Shown here: positions 24,296 through 45,861 of the stretch, in pieces
How positions within the stretch are numbered: position 1 is the stretch's first letter
Layout of the letters: every line of letters begins with the position of its first letter
From: Neocallimastix sp. 'constans'
Lineage: Eukaryota
Length of the DNA stretch: 64,000 bases
Direction: 5' to 3'
Assembly (NCBI GenBank): GCA_050613775.1
Contig: JBODTK010000141.1
Location: 310,001-374,000 of the forward strand
Notes under the pieces: generated by a model
Database searches by the model: none
Told to the model about the DNA's origin: nothing
What the model saw: the letters and a program-made list of their open reading frames with translations, nothing else
Made by a program: the position numbers and the translations under genes

Positions 24296-25805
24296 ATTTC
24301 ATATACCTCTATTAATTTTATTAGAATTGGATTTTTTATCCGGTGATGACTATACAATTGAAAAAATATATACAGGAGAAGCACTATTTTTAAAATTTTG
24401 GTATTTACAACATCCTCCTTTTTATAAGGTGTCGGCAATACCAGGATGGAAAGAAGGAATTACTGGATCTCTAACCGGAGGATATAATGTTGGAATATGT
24501 AAACATATTGATGAACATAGAAGAAAAGCCGCAGCTGAAGTGGTAAAATTTATAACTTCAAAAGAAGTCCAAAAAAAATATGTTCTTCAACGATATATAT
24601 ACTCAGCAATAAATAGTTTATACGATGATGAAGAAGTTTGCTCAATTATTGAATGTGATATTGCAAAAAATGTCAAACCGTTTAAAACATTGGATTTAGA
24701 GAACAAAAATATTGATTGAGATTATTATAACGAAAAATATTATTCATATTTTTCTGAATATATTTTTGGAAATAAAACAATATCAGAAGTTATAAAAAAT
24801 GTTGATGATATGACAAGGTTTTATTCTTTATCTTTGAAAACGGAAGATACTTATGTAGGTTTAATTGTTTTTATTATATTTGTTGTATTATTTATTATTA
24901 TTAGTTTATCAATTGTATTTCTTTTCATCAAAAGATTTAAATCAAATTTAAAATTCTTATCAAATGATTTATGGTTTATATTAATAATTGGTGTACTGAT
25001 TTTAATGTGTTCATTTATACTATTATATGGAAATTTATCTGTTATTAAATGTCATTTAAAAGCATTTTTGATTTCATTTGGATTCATTACAAGTTTAATT
25101 CCTAATATATATGAATTTATAATTGAATTTCCTGAAGATAATAAGCTATCAATATGGACTAAAAATAATAAAATTAAATTTATATTAATTTTTTTAGCAA
25201 TTGATATAGTATTAAATTGTTTATTAATAATATCTCCATATAAATTAAAAGATATTTATCTTATAGATAGTGAAAATTTTCAAAAATGTATAATAAGTAC
25301 CACATTTGGTAAAATAATACAAAATCTAATAATGTCATATGAAATTATTATCATATTAATCATATTGGTCTTAGTATTTATGGAATGGAATCTTGAAAAA
25401 ATATATTATGATACTAGATTTATATTAGGAGCTGTATTTATGGATATACTCTCATTAATTATATATAATATAACCAATAAAATTGAAATAAATAATTATA
25501 TTGCATATAATATAATATTTGTGAGTAATACTTTTATACTTTCAACATCTAATTTCATCTTTATGTATTGTAGTAGAGTATTAATTTCTTTTATAAGAAA
25601 TGAAGATGCAGAATTAAATGAATCATTCATTAAAAGAAACCAAATCAATAATTCAGTAATGAAAAGAAGTACTTTATCAACACATACTTATAATAGTAGT
25701 AGTCATAATAGTAGTAATAAGGAAAATATTAATACTGCAAAACGAAGAGCTTCAGAATTATCAAATAAAATATTGTCATATCATTATAAAGTTTCGAAGT
25801 CATAA
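23051..25805 (+). pseudogene. Solute-binding-protein/7TM (class C GPCR-like) receptor with one in-frame TGA; pseudogene or readthrough
   Basis: Exons 23051-23099 (signal-peptide-like), 23232-23602, 23729-23900, 24022-24162, 24325-25805. Sugar-SBP motifs YDLYF, VLYSN..LL.KY...IPKTWNEL, GGYNVGI; about 7 hydrophobic helices and an S/N-rich tail. TGA at 24717-24719 with the same frame continuing open to 25805. Confidence 0.85.
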
Positions 25806-26379
25806 ACTTTAAATCAATATTATATACATTTATTTTAAATAAATTAATTATATTTTTTTTTTATTATTAATTTTTTATAAAAATAAAATTTATATATAAA
25901 TATGTATATATATATTTTATTTTCATTTATATACAATATATATTTAATTTATTTTATTACTACAATACTTTTAAAATTAATTATATATAATTTATTCAAA
26001 TTATATTATAAAAACAAAAAAACAAACAAAAAAAAAAATAAAATAAAATATTAATAAAATCAAAAAAATTGTATAATTCCTGTTATTATTTTTAATTTAA
26101 TATATTTTTTTTCTATATATAATTGTAAAACAATGAAAATTAATTAAAATATTACCAATTTTTAACTTCAATGATCAATTTATCTGTAGGTCTTTATTTC
26201 ATTATTTTTTAAAAAAGTTTAGCGCTTATTATGACTTTTTTTTTTTAATAATTTTTTAATTACATTTTTATTCGAAAACTTTTTTTGATGAATACCACAA
26301 TGACTTTTGATGGAAAAGTTAAGGTTTTATAAATGTGAATTAAAAATCGTTATTATCCATAGGATTCATTTAAGTTCAA

Positions 26380-29340
26380 TTCTAATGATATTAAAAGCAT
26401 TGATAAATTATACAGATAATAATAATAAAGTAACTATTTAGATTAAAAATGATAGACAAATATTATTAGTTGCATTATTGAAGTTAATCTAATAATTTAA
26501 AGTTTATAGTAATTAAATCCTTTGGAGTAAAAGGTATAGCAATTGAAGAAGGAGAAATTTTTTGTAAGTGTTTTAGTCTCATATATAATTCTGAATAATT
26601 ATATATGAAAATTAAAATTATAAGAATTATTAAATTAAGAATTTAATGAAATGTCATTAGCACGATATAGTACTATTAAAAAGGTATTTATTAAGAATAT
26701 TAAGAAAAATAAAAAAAAGTACAATCTTTTAGTTCTAAAAAAAATTGAAAAAAAAACAACTGTTTGAGGAAATATATTTTACTATTATGTTATCACTACA
26801 ATTCCTTTTATTCTACATCTTTATCCTTTTCCCCTTCCATTAGTTCATTGAATTCTTATTTAAATTAATTAATAATATTAATTATTATAATAATAAAAAT
26901 TTTTATATTTTATATTTATATTCATCAAGTATGAATAAACCAAGTTCATCATTAAATGAGGAAGAAAAAGTATATTCCATTTTATAATAAATGGAAATAT
27001 AAATTTCAAGTTAAAAACAAAATAATATATATATTTCTTTTGTAAAGAATTAGCTGATAATAAAAATGACATGATAGTGGAATTTTATCGAAAATTCATA
27101 AAATGATTCATCCAATTTATTATTTGATATTGATAAAAATAATAATACTAATTTAATAAAATAATAAAAAAAAATTTATATTTATGTTTCATATAAGATT
27201 TAAATGATGTAACATCTTTAATGATATTGAAGATATTGAAGAATAAAAAAAAAAATAACCAAACAACCAAACAAAAAATTCTCTGAAATTCTCTTAAGAT
27301 ATGATATTGGGTATCAAACAATTATAATATTATATAGAAAATAATGAAAAAGAATATTATTGTTAGGTAAAAGAATTTTATTTGAAAGTAAAAATGAAAT
27401 TAGTAATTTAAATTTAAATAAAGAAGAAATGAAAGATTCTGATTCTGATTCTGAAAATAATTCTAGTACAGATATAAATAAAAATATAAATAATTAGGAT
27501 GTCATGAAAATTAAAAGAAAATTGAATAATAGAGGAAGAAGAAAATGTACATGAAATAATATAAATAACAAAAAAGAAAATATAAATTATAGGATGTGAA
27601 TTGATAAAAAAAGATAATATTTATTATTAATTTAGCAAGTACTATATAAATAAAAATAAGAGTCGAAGAAAAAGAAAATTCTGAAATAGAGAATTGAAAA
27701 AAAAATAATAATAATAAAAAGGGAAATTTATTAAAACAGACAATTTAAAATAAAGTAAAATGAAAGCAATAAAAAAAATATTAAAACTGATGATTTAACA
27801 GAAAATCAATTGAATATTGATGAAAAGAAAATATCAAATTTAAAGATTTTAATAAAAAAAGAAAAAGAAAATTGTTGGAAATATAATTAAAAATGATATA
27901 TAAAAAAGGTCAATCAGAAAAGGAAAAATAATGGGGAAATTACAGAAGAAAAATGAAAATATGAATATAAAAATTTCATAAATCATAAAAATCTATTGAT
28001 AAAATCTCGGAATATTAATATCAGTAAAAATGATCTAAAAAAATTAAATAATAATAATAAATCATTTCCTATACAAAAACCAATAAAAAAGAATATGGAA
28101 TATAAAGTTTTTGAATATCAAAATCAATAATCACAAATACTGCTGATAAAGAAATATTAATTAATAGGAAAGAAGAAAAAATAGAATGTATAGGTATTAC
28201 TCAAATTAGTAATTTCACAATTAAAGAAACTGGTAAGTACTTTTTTTCCTTTTTTAATTATATAATATATATGTATATATATATTATTTTCATATTTAAT
28301 AAAATTATGGGGTTCATTAATAATATAATATATAGATAATTATTAATTTTTTAAAAATATATTAATTAAAGTTTATGAATATCAAATCTGATAAAAATAT
28401 ATATAATAAATTTTATTAATATATTATAGATATATATAAAAATATATTAGATATAATATATTATTTTATACCAACTTTTTTTAATAATGTTAAATATTAT
28501 ATTTTAAATAATAAAAAGAATATATATTATAATTTTACTTTTTTCTTTTATTTTTTTTTTCTTTTATTTTATAATATGAGATATTTTTATCTTAAATGAT
28601 ATTAATTTTTATTTTTTAGTTTTATTTTAAAAAGTATATAATTAGGATTTAATTTTAATAATATATATATATAAAAGAAAAAATAAGTGAATTGAGAATT
28701 TTTAGTAGTAAGTTATCATTATAAAATAGTACGGTACAGCCATTTAATTAATTAAATATTTCTAAAGCAATTATTTATATTAAAATATATTAATTGAAAA
28801 TTAATAATTACAATTTCTAACGAATATTAATATTTTTATATCAATTTTTAAATTATTTATAATGAATATTAATAATTTATCTTTTACTTTAAAAGACCAA
28901 GAATAGTCATGATAAATCAGAAGAAGAAGGAAATTTAAATTCATTTGATTTATTTAATGTAATAGAAGAAAGAACAAAAAATGAAAATAAAGATAACGAA
29001 ACTATTGTACTAATATAAAATCTTTGAACTTGAATATGGTAAGCTGTTTTATATTTTATATATATTATTTTTGTTTATATGTTTTAATTAAAATTAATTA
29101 ACTAAAACTATATTTTATTGTATATATATATATTTTTTTTCTTTTAAAAAAAAAAAAAAAAAATACAATATATAAGTATTTTAGATTTTAAAGAAATAAA
29201 ATTACCAAAGATTAAAATAAAAGAAACTCAAAAATTAAAAAAAGAAAAAAGAAAAAAATTTAATTCAAAAAATTTTGAATCAAAATATAGCGATAAAAAG
29301 AAATTTTTACTTTTAAAAAGGAAAATAAATAACGATAATA
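26380..29340 (+). pseudogene. Heavily decayed multi-exon gene relic of unknown identity
   Basis: Purine-rich codon-like blocks (FGVKGIAIEEGEIFCKCFSL ~26521, NIYFFCKELADNKNDMIVEFYRKF ~27025, DSDSDSENNSS ~27435) bounded by splice-like signals (gtaagt 28233, gtaagc 29039, ttttag ~29184), with many stops and frameshifts. Confidence 0.4.
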
Positions 29341-29415
29341 ATTTCTTAAAAAAAAAATAAAAAATAAAAAATAAAAATAAATTATTGAAATTTTCTTTTC
29401 TACAAAGAATTAAAA

Positions 29416-32400
29416 ATGAGCAATGAAAATAATAAAAATGCAACACCAGTATCGGATATGCCACCATCCATAAATAAAGACAATAAAACCAAAAGCACTT
29501 CAAATAATAATAATGAAACATCTGCTTCTTCAACTCCAACAAAAAAGACATCCTCTACTTCAGTACCATTATCATTTTCAGTACCACCAATATTTCCATT
29601 AACCACTTCTTTGCCTCTAAATACAACAGATACAGCAACAAACTCAACGTTAGCCTCAAATTTAAATAAATTAAGTTCATCATTAAATAGTAAAATTCCA
29701 TTAACCGTCAATCCATCTTTAAATTTAAAATCCACAACTACACCAACTACGTTACCATTAGCATCCAATTTTCCTTTATTACAAAATCTACAAAATTTAA
29801 ATAATATACCTGCTCTTTCACAACTTCTATTAAGTATGAATATGAACTCATTAGATATGTCTTCATTATTACCATTTAGTACATTACCAACATTAAATAA
29901 ACAATCAAATATTTTACCTGCTGCTACATTAGCAAATATGCAAGCTTTAATGGCAGCAATGAATCCGGCATTTGCAATGGCTAATACATTAAAGAATATA
30001 AATCCACCAACAAATTCATCCAAAATAGCACCAAATTTGAAAAAGAAAACACCAATAAAGCCAAATTTAGCTAGTTCAATTTCAAATAATAAATCTAAGG
30101 CTACATTAGGATCGAAATCACCTTCATCAAGTTCAATATCATCAGAAAAGAAAAAAATAGCTATAGCCCCAACAACATCTTCATCTACAACGACATCTTC
30201 TTCTCAGACGCCGTTAAAACCATTATCTCCTAAAATTAGTAAATCAACGTCAACATCAACATCAGGGAGTGCTCAAACTACCAATACTACAAGTACTATT
30301 GCATCGACATTAGCGTCACTTTTAAATGAAAAACACCCATTAGCATTAGCAACGCCGAACCTTTCACTTAATCCTTTTTTTGGAACAAATCCATTATTAT
30401 TTCCAGCTCTTGCACAAGCAGCAAGCACAAATCCTTTGTTGTTTGGATCACTTGCTACAGGATCAAATTCGACCAATTTGTTAAATAAATTACCTACGAC
30501 AAAAAACCAACTTCCAATTATACCCACCACAAGTACTGGAGGTACCTCAAGTTCCACAAGTCACCCTAGACCTTTAGCACCACAAAGTAAAAAAAAAATA
30601 CATATTGCACCCGCAGTTAATCCTATTAATCAAAGACAATCAATACTTAATTCCCTTTTAGCTACCGCTGCTAATTTACAAGCACTTCATGCATCCGCTG
30701 GTGTACCAATGCCATCTGCAACTTCAATGTCTAAAACCCCAACATTACCAAGTACATTAAATCTCAATAAATTTAATTCATTATTAAATACAAATAAAGT
30801 AGCATTATCAACAACTTCATCATCAACAACAGCATCAACCACATCTTCATCTGCAGCTATCTCATCATTAGCAAAGTCTACAGCATTGCCTACATCAACA
30901 TTAACGACAAAATCAAAATTATCTTTATCTAGTAAAGATAAAAATATTTTAAATTCAATTAATTTTCAAACGATGAATTCTACTAAATCAGGAAAAAGTA
31001 CAAACAATTTATCTAATATTACATCCATTACTAATTCTTCATCAAAAAATATCTCATCTAACAACTCATTAAATAATAAAAATACAGTGAATAATATATC
31101 AAATTCCAATGTAATTAAAATTAATGATACCAATAATAAAACAAAAACTAATAAAAGAAGTCCCTCTTCAGAATTAGCTTTAGCATTAAGTAAACTTGAA
31201 GATGCTTTAAAGAAAAACATGAAGAGTCCTATATCTACAAATATACCTAGTATGTCTAATACTATAAATACAAATATAAAGCAAACTTCAACGTCAACTT
31301 CATCTACAGCATCTGCCTTGTCAGCATTATCAGCATTATCAGCAATCACAAATATAACAACCAATGCTAATAATAGTAAAGATTCTAATACAACTATTGC
31401 AGATGTAATAGCTAATACAAAAACTACTAACACTTCTGCTGCAGCTACTAGATCAACTACTAATACCACTGTTAATGCTACTGATACTGTGGCTGCTATT
31501 AACAATATAAAGCCAATTACTAAAAACGAATTTCCTGAATCAACAACTACATTATTAAATAAAAATATTAACAATAATATTACTTTAGATCAAAATACAT
31601 TCAATCTATCTCATAAAGATATAAAATTAAAAGAACTATCAAATACATTAGCTAGAGAATTAAATATGAATTTAAATAATGAAAAAGTAGATAATATAAT
31701 GAAACCATCAGCAGATATTTTAGATCAAATAAGTGGATTGGCAAATTTAAAAATGAATCAAAACTTTAATACTAATTTTAATCAAGTTAATTTAGAATTA
31801 GATAATTCCACAAAAAAAATTAATGATATTAATCCATTAATAGATACATCAAAAAATATTACTGATCTTGGAATAAACTTAAATATTAATAATAGTGAAA
31901 ATTTATTAAATTTAGATCTAGATTTTAAAGAATCTAAAAAAAAACCAGAAACCGAAAAAAGTGCTATTAATAATAAAATATTAGAAAGTACAATTAAAGA
32001 TGCTTTAAGTTTTTCATTAATAAATGAAGATTATATAACATCAAATGTAAATAAAGATCAAAGTTTAAATTTAGCTTTTTCATCAAAATCTGTATCTGAA
32101 CCAACAAATTTAGACAAAGTATCATTAATTTCTTCAACAACTTCTTTAACAGAATCTCCCTTAGAAGTATTACCTTTAACATTCAATCTTCAAAATGCAT
32201 CGTTATCCTTAAATGATATTAAAATATCAAAGTTAGAAACTGATGATAAAACAAATATGGATACTAAAGGTAAAGATGAAAAAATCGAGATAGGATCAAA
32301 AAGAAAGCTAAATGATATAAAAATAGAAAAAGGTAAAGAGAAATTAACTCAAACGCATTCAGGAAATCAAGAAATTTCTATTGATGAAGTATTTGATTCA

Positions 32401-32787
32401 GAACAATTTAGTTCAGAAGAAGACAATTCATTAAAATCAACAGAAATCACTAAAAGTGATTTCCCATCACCAAAAAAGAAAAGGATGATGAGATGGGAAA
32501 AAGCATCCTTTAGTCCATTTCATCATAATAGAAGAGATAGAATATCAAGATTAAAGAATGCTGTTCGTTCAATGAGTACTGGATCAATTAATACAACTTT
32601 ATTAGCTGCAGATCCAACCATTCATAATCAATTTTCGTTAGATACAAAATCACCTATAAATAAAACTAATGTCATGGAAATAACATCACCTACAAATATA
32701 GAAGATTTTAATAATGATTATTTAAATCTAAACGAGTTTAATTCCATTAATGAAATGAATATAAATCATAAACATAATAATGAATAA
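29416..32787 (+). CDS. 1123-aa S/T/N-rich low-complexity protein, probably disordered and nuclear
   Basis: Long open frame with higher GC than its flanks, aaaaATG start, NLS-like PSPKKKR near the C-terminus; no recognisable domain. Confidence 0.8.
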   Translation: MSNENNKNATPVSDMPPSINKDNKTKSTSNNNNETSASSTPTKKTSSTSVPLSFSVPPIFPLTTSLPLNTTDTATNSTLASNLNKLSSSLNSKIPLTVNPSLNLKSTTTPTTLPLASNFPLLQNLQNLNNIPALSQLLLSMNMNSLDMSSLLPFSTLPTLNKQSNILPAATLANMQALMAAMNPAFAMANTLKNINPPTNSSKIAPNLKKKTPIKPNLASSISNNKSKATLGSKSPSSSSISSEKKKIAIAPTTSSSTTTSSSQTPLKPLSPKISKSTSTSTSGSAQTTNTTSTIASTLASLLNEKHPLALATPNLSLNPFFGTNPLLFPALAQAASTNPLLFGSLATGSNSTNLLNKLPTTKNQLPIIPTTSTGGTSSSTSHPRPLAPQSKKKIHIAPAVNPINQRQSILNSLLATAANLQALHASAGVPMPSATSMSKTPTLPSTLNLNKFNSLLNTNKVALSTTSSSTTASTTSSSAAISSLAKSTALPTSTLTTKSKLSLSSKDKNILNSINFQTMNSTKSGKSTNNLSNITSITNSSSKNISSNNSLNNKNTVNNISNSNVIKINDTNNKTKTNKRSPSSELALALSKLEDALKKNMKSPISTNIPSMSNTINTNIKQTSTSTSSTASALSALSALSAITNITTNANNSKDSNTTIADVIANTKTTNTSAAATRSTTNTTVNATDTVAAINNIKPITKNEFPESTTTLLNKNINNNITLDQNTFNLSHKDIKLKELSNTLARELNMNLNNEKVDNIMKPSADILDQISGLANLKMNQNFNTNFNQVNLELDNSTKKINDINPLIDTSKNITDLGINLNINNSENLLNLDLDFKESKKKPETEKSAINNKILESTIKDALSFSLINEDYITSNVNKDQSLNLAFSSKSVSEPTNLDKVSLISSTTSLTESPLEVLPLTFNLQNASLSLNDIKISKLETDDKTNMDTKGKDEKIEIGSKRKLNDIKIEKGKEKLTQTHSGNQEISIDEVFDSEQFSSEEDNSLKSTEITKSDFPSPKKKRMMRWEKASFSPFHHNRRDRISRLKNAVRSMSTGSINTTLLAADPTIHNQFSLDTKSPINKTNVMEITSPTNIEDFNNDYLNLNEFNSINEMNINHKHNNE

Positions 32788-32860
32788 CAAACTATAATAA
32801 ATAAACTTTATTACTTATCGTTTAAAAAAAAAAAAATTATATAATTTTGAATTTATTTTT

Positions 32861-32905
<45 letters not shown>

Positions 32906-35155
32906 TTTTTCTTACTTTTAATATATATAATTTTTTATTTCCTTATTTATTAATTTATATTTTCCTTCTTTATATATATATTTGCTATCATCATAACTTA
33001 ATAAATAAATAAAATTCAAACAATTTAACATCATATTAAATAATGAAACTACTACATTTAATATTAGACCTTTTAAACCAAGGGAAATAATCATGATTTT
33101 AATAGAATAAAAAAAAAATTTATTAATTAATATTATATAAAGTATGAATTACATAATTATTGTAAAAAATAAAAATAAAAATAAATTAAATTAAAATATA
33201 ACAGTATAATAATACTTAAAATTATTAAAAAAAATTAATATTCAATCAATATTTTTAAAATATTTTATTTCAATATACTATATTAATTTTAATATTTATA
33301 TTTAATAACTTATTAATTATTTTTCATTAAAAATATTCATCATTTTAAATTATACAGTGGAATAATCTTATTTATTAATTATAATTATTTTTTTTATTAT
33401 TATTTTTTTTTTTTTTTTTTATTTACATAAATTATCTATACTTATCCATTTAGTTGATTCTGAAATATTGTTATAATCTTTTTTTTTTATTTTATTTTTT
33501 CTTTTAAATAAATTTTAAAAAGAAATAAAATTTTATTTATTAAAATGGTATTTTATTTAAATATTACTATTTAAAATTTATTCTAATAGATTTTAATAAT
33601 TATAAAAATTTTAGATATTATATATATATTTTAAAAAAAAATAATTTATGTAAACAAAATTCATTAAACATATTTGCATATTAATTATTTATGATGTTAA
33701 TGTATAATTTTTTAAAATATATTCTTATAGAAAAATCAAAAATACAGAATTATTACCGAAATTTCAAAAAATTTTATATTAAATAATCATTTATTATAAA
33801 TAATATCATATTTATATTAATATATGAACAAAAAAAAATTAAATTAAAATTTTATTAATATATTAAAATTTAAAATTATATAATATTTATTAAATATAAT
33901 AAGTAAACTTCATTCACAAAAATATTACAACAAAATCAAGAGTAAGTAAAAAGTATTATATTTGTTCATACTATATATTTAATCGAAAAAGATATATATC
34001 ATAAAAAAATTAATAAATTAATAAAATGATAATATTATTTTTAAAAAATATATAAATTATAATTGAAAGATTTCTGAAATTGAAAAATAATTGAACCAAA
34101 AGAATGAAAAATTAAAAATATTAGAACAAAGCATTGGTGATAGTTCAGGTCTTATAATTCAGTCAATTTTTTTTTAAAAGCAGAATTAACTGAAACATAT
34201 ATAATGCATTTTCACAGGCACAGTAGTTGCTAATTGTCATACTAGTTCGGCGTTGACCGTCGTTTCTAAATCTTTTAACAAGGGTAGTATTAAATTATGT
34301 TAGCCCCCGAGTAATAACCACCACTAGGATAAAAACTGTAAAGACTATATATATACTATACACTCATATAAAATTTAATATATATATATCTGTTATATCT
34401 AATCAATAAAGCATAAAAGTTAAATTCATATAAAATTACATTTGCAATGTTTTTAAATAAAACGAAGTTTTTTTTTTTTTTTTTTTTTATATAATCTTTT
34501 TCATATATATCGTACACTCATAAAAATTTTAATATATATCTGACCAATAAAACATAATTCTTTTAATTAATATATATATTTTTTTAAAAAAAATAAATAT
34601 ATAATAGAAAGTATTTTTAATAAAATAATATTCATTTATATAAAGGAAAAAAAATTTTTTTTTTTTTAACCATACTTTAATAATTAACTATATATTCTTT
34701 AAATTAATTAATAAAAACCAGGAACATTTAAAATATATATAAAATCAAATTTCAAAATTTGTGAAATTTAAATTTAAATTTAAATTTTTAGTTTTAATTT
34801 TAATTTAAATAATTTTATTTTATTTACTTTCATTTACTTCTTATTTCTTATATAAACATATTATTTATTATACATATAATTTAATTATTATGTTTTAATA
34901 ATGGGAATTTCAACATTAATAATGAAAAAAATTATTATCATTATTTAATATGAAAGAATAATAGAAAAAAAGCACTAAAGTAATATTATAAAATATAATA
35001 TAATATAAAGAAAAATAATATGAATTCTATTATTCATTGAAAGGGACAAAATTTTATTAAAAACTGTAATATTATAATACTCAAAAAGAAGAAGAAAGTT
35101 TCAGAAGTTTTTTTTTTTTTTTTTTTTCATATATTTGAATTGAAAAAAAAAAAAG

Positions 35156-42762
<7,607 letters not shown>

Positions 42763-44448
42763 AAATAAAAATAAAAATAAAAAAAAAATGACTGAATAAA
42801 ATAAAAAATATAAAAATAATTATAATATATATATTATCATCTTTATTTTTTATTTTTTTATTTTTATTTTTTATTTTTTTATTTTTGTTTTTTATTTTTT
42901 TATTTTTATTTTTTTATTTTTTATTTCTTATTTTTTATTTTTTATTTCTTAATTTTTTTTTTTTTTATCAAACATTAATGTCTAATAAAAAATAATAAAT
43001 AACTAAATTATAAAATATATATCCTAGATAAATATATTTCATTAATATTATTTAGTAAAAATATATATATATATAATTTTTAATATATGTAATTTATAAT
43101 AATTTATTTCTTAAAAATTTAGATATTAATATTCTTGATAAAATTTATCAGTTTTATCTTTTTAATAAATCTTTTCTTTTTCACTCTTTACACAAAAATT
43201 CATTCATTTTTATTGTTTTAATGGCATCCTTTATAATATCTACAAAATTATTTTTATTAGAAGTTGCTTCATCATCATTATTATTATAAAAAAGATAGAT
43301 TTTAAAATTAGTTAGGGTATAAATAATTAATTATTTCCTATGATTTTATTGAATATTTTTTTAATAATAGTTATAACGATAACATATACTTTCTGTATAT
43401 TTATTTTATTTTATTAAGCTGTAATTATATATGAATATAAAAACATATATATAAAAAATAATAATACTAATTAAATGACAAATTGATATTAATATATATA
43501 TATATATTTTATTTATTTTATTTTTATTTTTATTTTATTTTTTTTTTTTTTTTTTTTTTAATGAATATTTAATATCTCACAAATTATTAATATTTAATTT
43601 GTTTTATTTTAAAACTATGGATAATACCAAACTTTTAAATTTAAAAAAATTACTATTAAATAAAATCATATATCATTTTATTATTATTATTTATTTTTTT
43701 AATTCAAATTAATTATTATTAAACTTAGATTTAGAAATGACAATATTTATGGTACTCTTAAAATTTTTCTTGTTATAGTGTCATGACAAGCAAATATTTT
43801 TTTTTTTTTTTTTTTCAATTTCTAATACCTATTTAAAAAATTTTAATTACAAAATATTTCATTAAATACATATATACATAATTTTTTATAGAATTAAAAA
43901 AAAAAAAAAAGTATAAAATAATAATTATTCAAATAGATACATATATATATTTTTTAATTAAATTAGATATTAATAAATAAAATGTTAGAATTTAAGCAAA
44001 ATAAAATAATTAAAGTTAACTAATAATTTAAATGTTACTTTAAATCATAAAGAATAATATATTTTAAAGGTTGCAACTAGAAGTGATAAAGTTTATTATA
44101 AAAAACTAAAAAAAAAAAAAAAAAAAAAAGCTAAAAAGTGTATTGCGTAATTATATTACAATGTTATACGAATTGAGCTTAGCTTGAATAATTAAGTTAA
44201 TTAAGTTTATTTTCCAAAATTTAAATAAATTAAAAACATTTCTGAATGTATATCATAAATAATAAAATATAATAACTTTATCGCTAATATTTATAATATT
44301 TCTAAATATATATCATAATTGAATATACATCAAAGTCTATAATTTTAATTTTATTATATATATAAAATTAGTTACATCTACTTTTTTTTTTTAATAATAT
44401 TTTCCTTTGTTTAAAAGTCAATTTTTACTAATATTAAAAACATTGAAT

Positions 44449-44480
<32 letters not shown>

Positions 44481-45861
44481 CACTAAAATATTTAACAATA
44501 ACTATAGTTATAAATTATAGTAATTATTTAAATATAAAAATAAAAATAAATTATTTTATTTTATATTATCAATCTCTATTATATATTATCAATCACTCTC
44601 TATTTTATATTTTATGATAGATGTTTTATATATTTATAAAAATATAATTAAATAATTAAAAATTTAATAATTAAAAAAATTACTTTAAATATTAAATAGA
44701 TAATTTTTATTTATTTAATATGAATTTAAATTATCAATATTTAAAATTTACTTTTTATATCTTATTCCTTAATCTTTAATAGCTTATTTTAATAATATTT
44801 TTATTATATTTTAATAATATTTTTATTATATTTTAATATTTTATAATAATTTTTTATGGTACATCATTATAGAATAAAATATATATTTAATATATAATAT
44901 ATAATAATTATATGTGATATATTTTATATAACATATAATTATCACATAAATTAAAATAAATAAATAATTAAAAAAAATTTTTATACTATTTAAAATAGTA
45001 TTATTTAAATATATTAAAAATTAATATTAATATATAATTAGATATAATAAAATAGATTATTAATATATTATTCTTTAATTAATTTAATTAAGTCTAATGA
45101 AGTTCAAAAATACTCGATTATTATTTGATGATGAAATGTATTTAATAAAGGCAATATCTATTATTATATATTATTTATTATATATTATTTATTATATATT
45201 ATTTATTATATATTATTTATTATATATTATTTATTATATATTATTTATTATATATTATAGTATATATATTATAATATTATTATAATATATAATTTAATTA
45301 AAAAAAAAGAAAAAAAAAAGAGAACAAAAAAAAATAAAAAATATTTAAAATTTAAAAAAAAGTAAAAATTTTATTTATTATTTATTTATTTAGTATTATT
45401 TATTTATTTATTTATTTATTATTTTTTTTATTATTTATTTATTTATTGTTTATTTATTTATTTTATGTTTTTTATTAGCATGCTTTACAAAATAATATAT
45501 AAATTATATATTTTAATCTTTTTTTTTTTTTTTTTTTTTTTTAATTTTTATTTTATTTTTTTTTGTTACTTATTGTTTATCTTCATTTTTTTTTTTATAA
45601 AAAAAGGAAGTATTTGGTAACTTTTTGTTAAGCAATGTTTGGTTTTAAATAAATATACTTTTTAATAAAAATTTTATTATATTTTTCATCAAATAAAAAT
45701 AGAAAAGTATATATAATTAATATTAATTCTATATTAAATAAATTTATAATTTAATCTATGTAATATTTTATGTATAAAAATATTTATTTTTAAAGATTAT
45801 TTTATTAAAAATAATAAAAGTCATTAGTAATATATATCTTTAAAAAAAACAAAAAAAAAAC

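Noticed and set aside
34140..34195. TCAGG...AGCAG resembling SRP RNA helix 8
   Set aside because: Spacer too long, with no GNRA-capped stem.
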